A DNA stretch of 63,834 nucleotides, counting the filler, from Octopus bimaculoides (Eukaryota): assembly GCF_001194135.2 (NCBI RefSeq). It is 6 parts of 6 records of this genome, joined end to end, with 100 filler letters (N's around TTAATTAATTAA, not from the genome) between each part and the next. Parts side by side here need not be neighbours in the genome. Positions count along the whole stretch, not along the records: positions 61,598 to 63,834 come from NW_026331493.1; 5 more parts are not named here. One strand, 5' to 3'. The notes under the pieces were generated by a model. The model saw only the letters and a list, made by a program, of their open reading frames with translations, ran no database searches and was not told the DNA's origin. Made by a program: the position numbers and the translations under genes. Below, piece by piece: positions 62,421-63,834 of this stretch. The first letter of the stretch is position 1; each line of letters begins with the position of its first letter.

Positions 62421-63158
62421 ATTACAGTTTCTAGATTAAGTAAGACCCCGATAATTAATCTATATACATATATATTATCGTTATATGTTATTATAATAGC
62501 GAAAGTTTGTCTTCGACCTAAACGAGTTTGGATTAATATTATTTGAGATATATAGAAATATATTTCAATAGGTGTAGATTCTGTTTACTAAATTGCTTCA
62601 GCCATCATAATTTTGTTTTTTACCTGTAATTCTTATAAACTTAGATAAACTTAGATATGTTTCGACCAAAGATTGGTCCAGGCCATGTCTAACTTAATAG
62701 CACCACCTGATAGGATTATCTAANNNNNNNNNNAGATTGGTCCAGGCCATGTCTAACTTAATAGCACCACCTGATAGGATTATCTAAATCCTTTTTACAG
62801 TCAAGTTTGGTCTATGGTCCATTCGGGTGGCTTGTCTGGTATTCTTTGGAGAAATCTGTCTAGACTCCGTTTAAAGCTGATAGGATCTGTTTCCTTTTTT
62901 ATCTGTTTCGGGACAACGTTAAACAGGGCAGGGCCTGTTGAGGAAAAGAAATTATGCCGCAGTGTACCTATGCGTTGTGATTCTGAATTGGGCAGGGGTA
63001 TATAGTTGAAAAGTTAACACTCATTCTCATAATACATTGGCATTTAAATTAATTTTTTACAGTCCAGCCGTCTTTTCACATAGAATTTCGTCTATCTTTA
63101 AACCCTAGCTCTGATGAGACTTACATAAGTGGATTGAATTGTTTATATATCAAGTAAT

Positions 63159-63541
63159 TGTTGCTTGTTGGCACTCCGTCGCTTACGACGTCGAGGGTTC
63201 CAGTTGATCCGATCAACCGAACAGCCTGCTCGTTGAAATTAACGTGCAAGTGGCTGAGCACTCCACAGACACGTGTACCCTTAACGTAGTTCTCGAGGAT
63301 ATTCAGCGTGACACAGTGTAACAAGGCTGACCCTTTGAATTACAGGCACAACAGAAACAGGAAGAAAGAGTGAGAGAAAGTTGTGTTGGCAGCAGGGTTC
63401 GCCACCATCCCCTGCCGGAGCCTCGTGGAGCTTTAGGTGCTTTCGCTTAATAAACACTCACAACGACCGGTCTGGGAATCGAAACCGTGATCCTACGACC
63501 GCAAGTCCGCTGTCCTAACCACTGGGCCATTGCGCCTCCAC
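63159..63541 (-). mobile_element. Full-length family C SINE
   Basis: Reverse complement of the 45441-45821 family; imperfect TSD ATATCAAGTAAT (63147-63158) / ATATCAAATAAT (63542-63553). Confidence 0.9.
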
Positions 63542-63639
63542 ATATCAAATAATATATATATGTCGAAACAAATTGGTGGCTCTTTTGGGGGTTTTTTTAT
63601 GTTACCTTCTCTTATATTCATAATATATTATGTTATAAA

Positions 63640-63834
63640 TAAATAATAAATGCGCCCTTTTAAAGCCTAGCTAGGCTTATGGGCCCGTTTTCCCCGGTTT
63701 CAATAGCGTATGTTTTCCCGCAGCTGGATGGGACGCCAGTCCATCGCAGCGTTACTCATTTTTATTCAGCTGAGTGGACTGGTACAACGTGAAAATGAAG
63801 TGTTTTGCTCAAGAACACAACGCGTCGCCCGGTC
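63640..63834 (-). mobile_element. Family D SINE, 3' part (continues beyond the window)
   Basis: Reverse complement: ...GTTGTGTTCTTGAGCAAAACACTT...CAGCTGAATAAAAATGAGT...GCGATGGACTGGCGTCCCATCCAGC...GAAACCGGGGAAACGGGCCC. Confidence 0.85.

Noticed and set aside
62670-62790. 54-bp direct repeat around a 10-N gap (similarly 5688-5822)
   Set aside because: Identical sequence on both sides of a minimal gap is the signature of unmerged overlapping contig ends.

Overview
AT-rich, microsatellite-saturated, gap-riddled eukaryotic DNA. The SINE types and repeat style suggest a coleoid cephalopod, probably Octopus; this is inferred, not verified by search. Five identical 100-bp linkers (44 N + TTAATTAATTAA + 44 N) split the window into six scaffold blocks, so adjacency across them may not be biological. 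I found no complete or confidently nameable protein-coding gene, no rRNA or tRNA gene and no CRISPR array. Nearly all ORFs in the supplied track are artefacts of (TA)n/(CA)n/(CAT)n repeats or N-runs. The recognisable content is mobile DNA: about 40 SINE or non-autonomous repeat copies, and decayed fragments of RTE, L1/Tx1, R2-like, R4/Dong-like and Penelope retroelements plus three mariner relics. The best leads are structural: (1) a 605-bp non-autonomous DNA transposon (29-bp perfect TIRs, 8-bp TSD) nested in a mariner gene and carrying a head-to-head TTAGGG/CCCTAA hairpin; (2) a 36-bp hairpin covering a 45-nt intron-like unit just upstream of a Tx1-type endonuclease ORF; (3) an R2-like relic outside rDNA arranged as an inverted pair and interrupted by a locally templated insertion; (4) a 200-bp inverted RTE duplication; (5) a pre-miRNA-like hairpin; (6) an orphan exon with a possible XPG/asteroid-type PIN motif. 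No new biological system is demonstrated; these are hypotheses to test.
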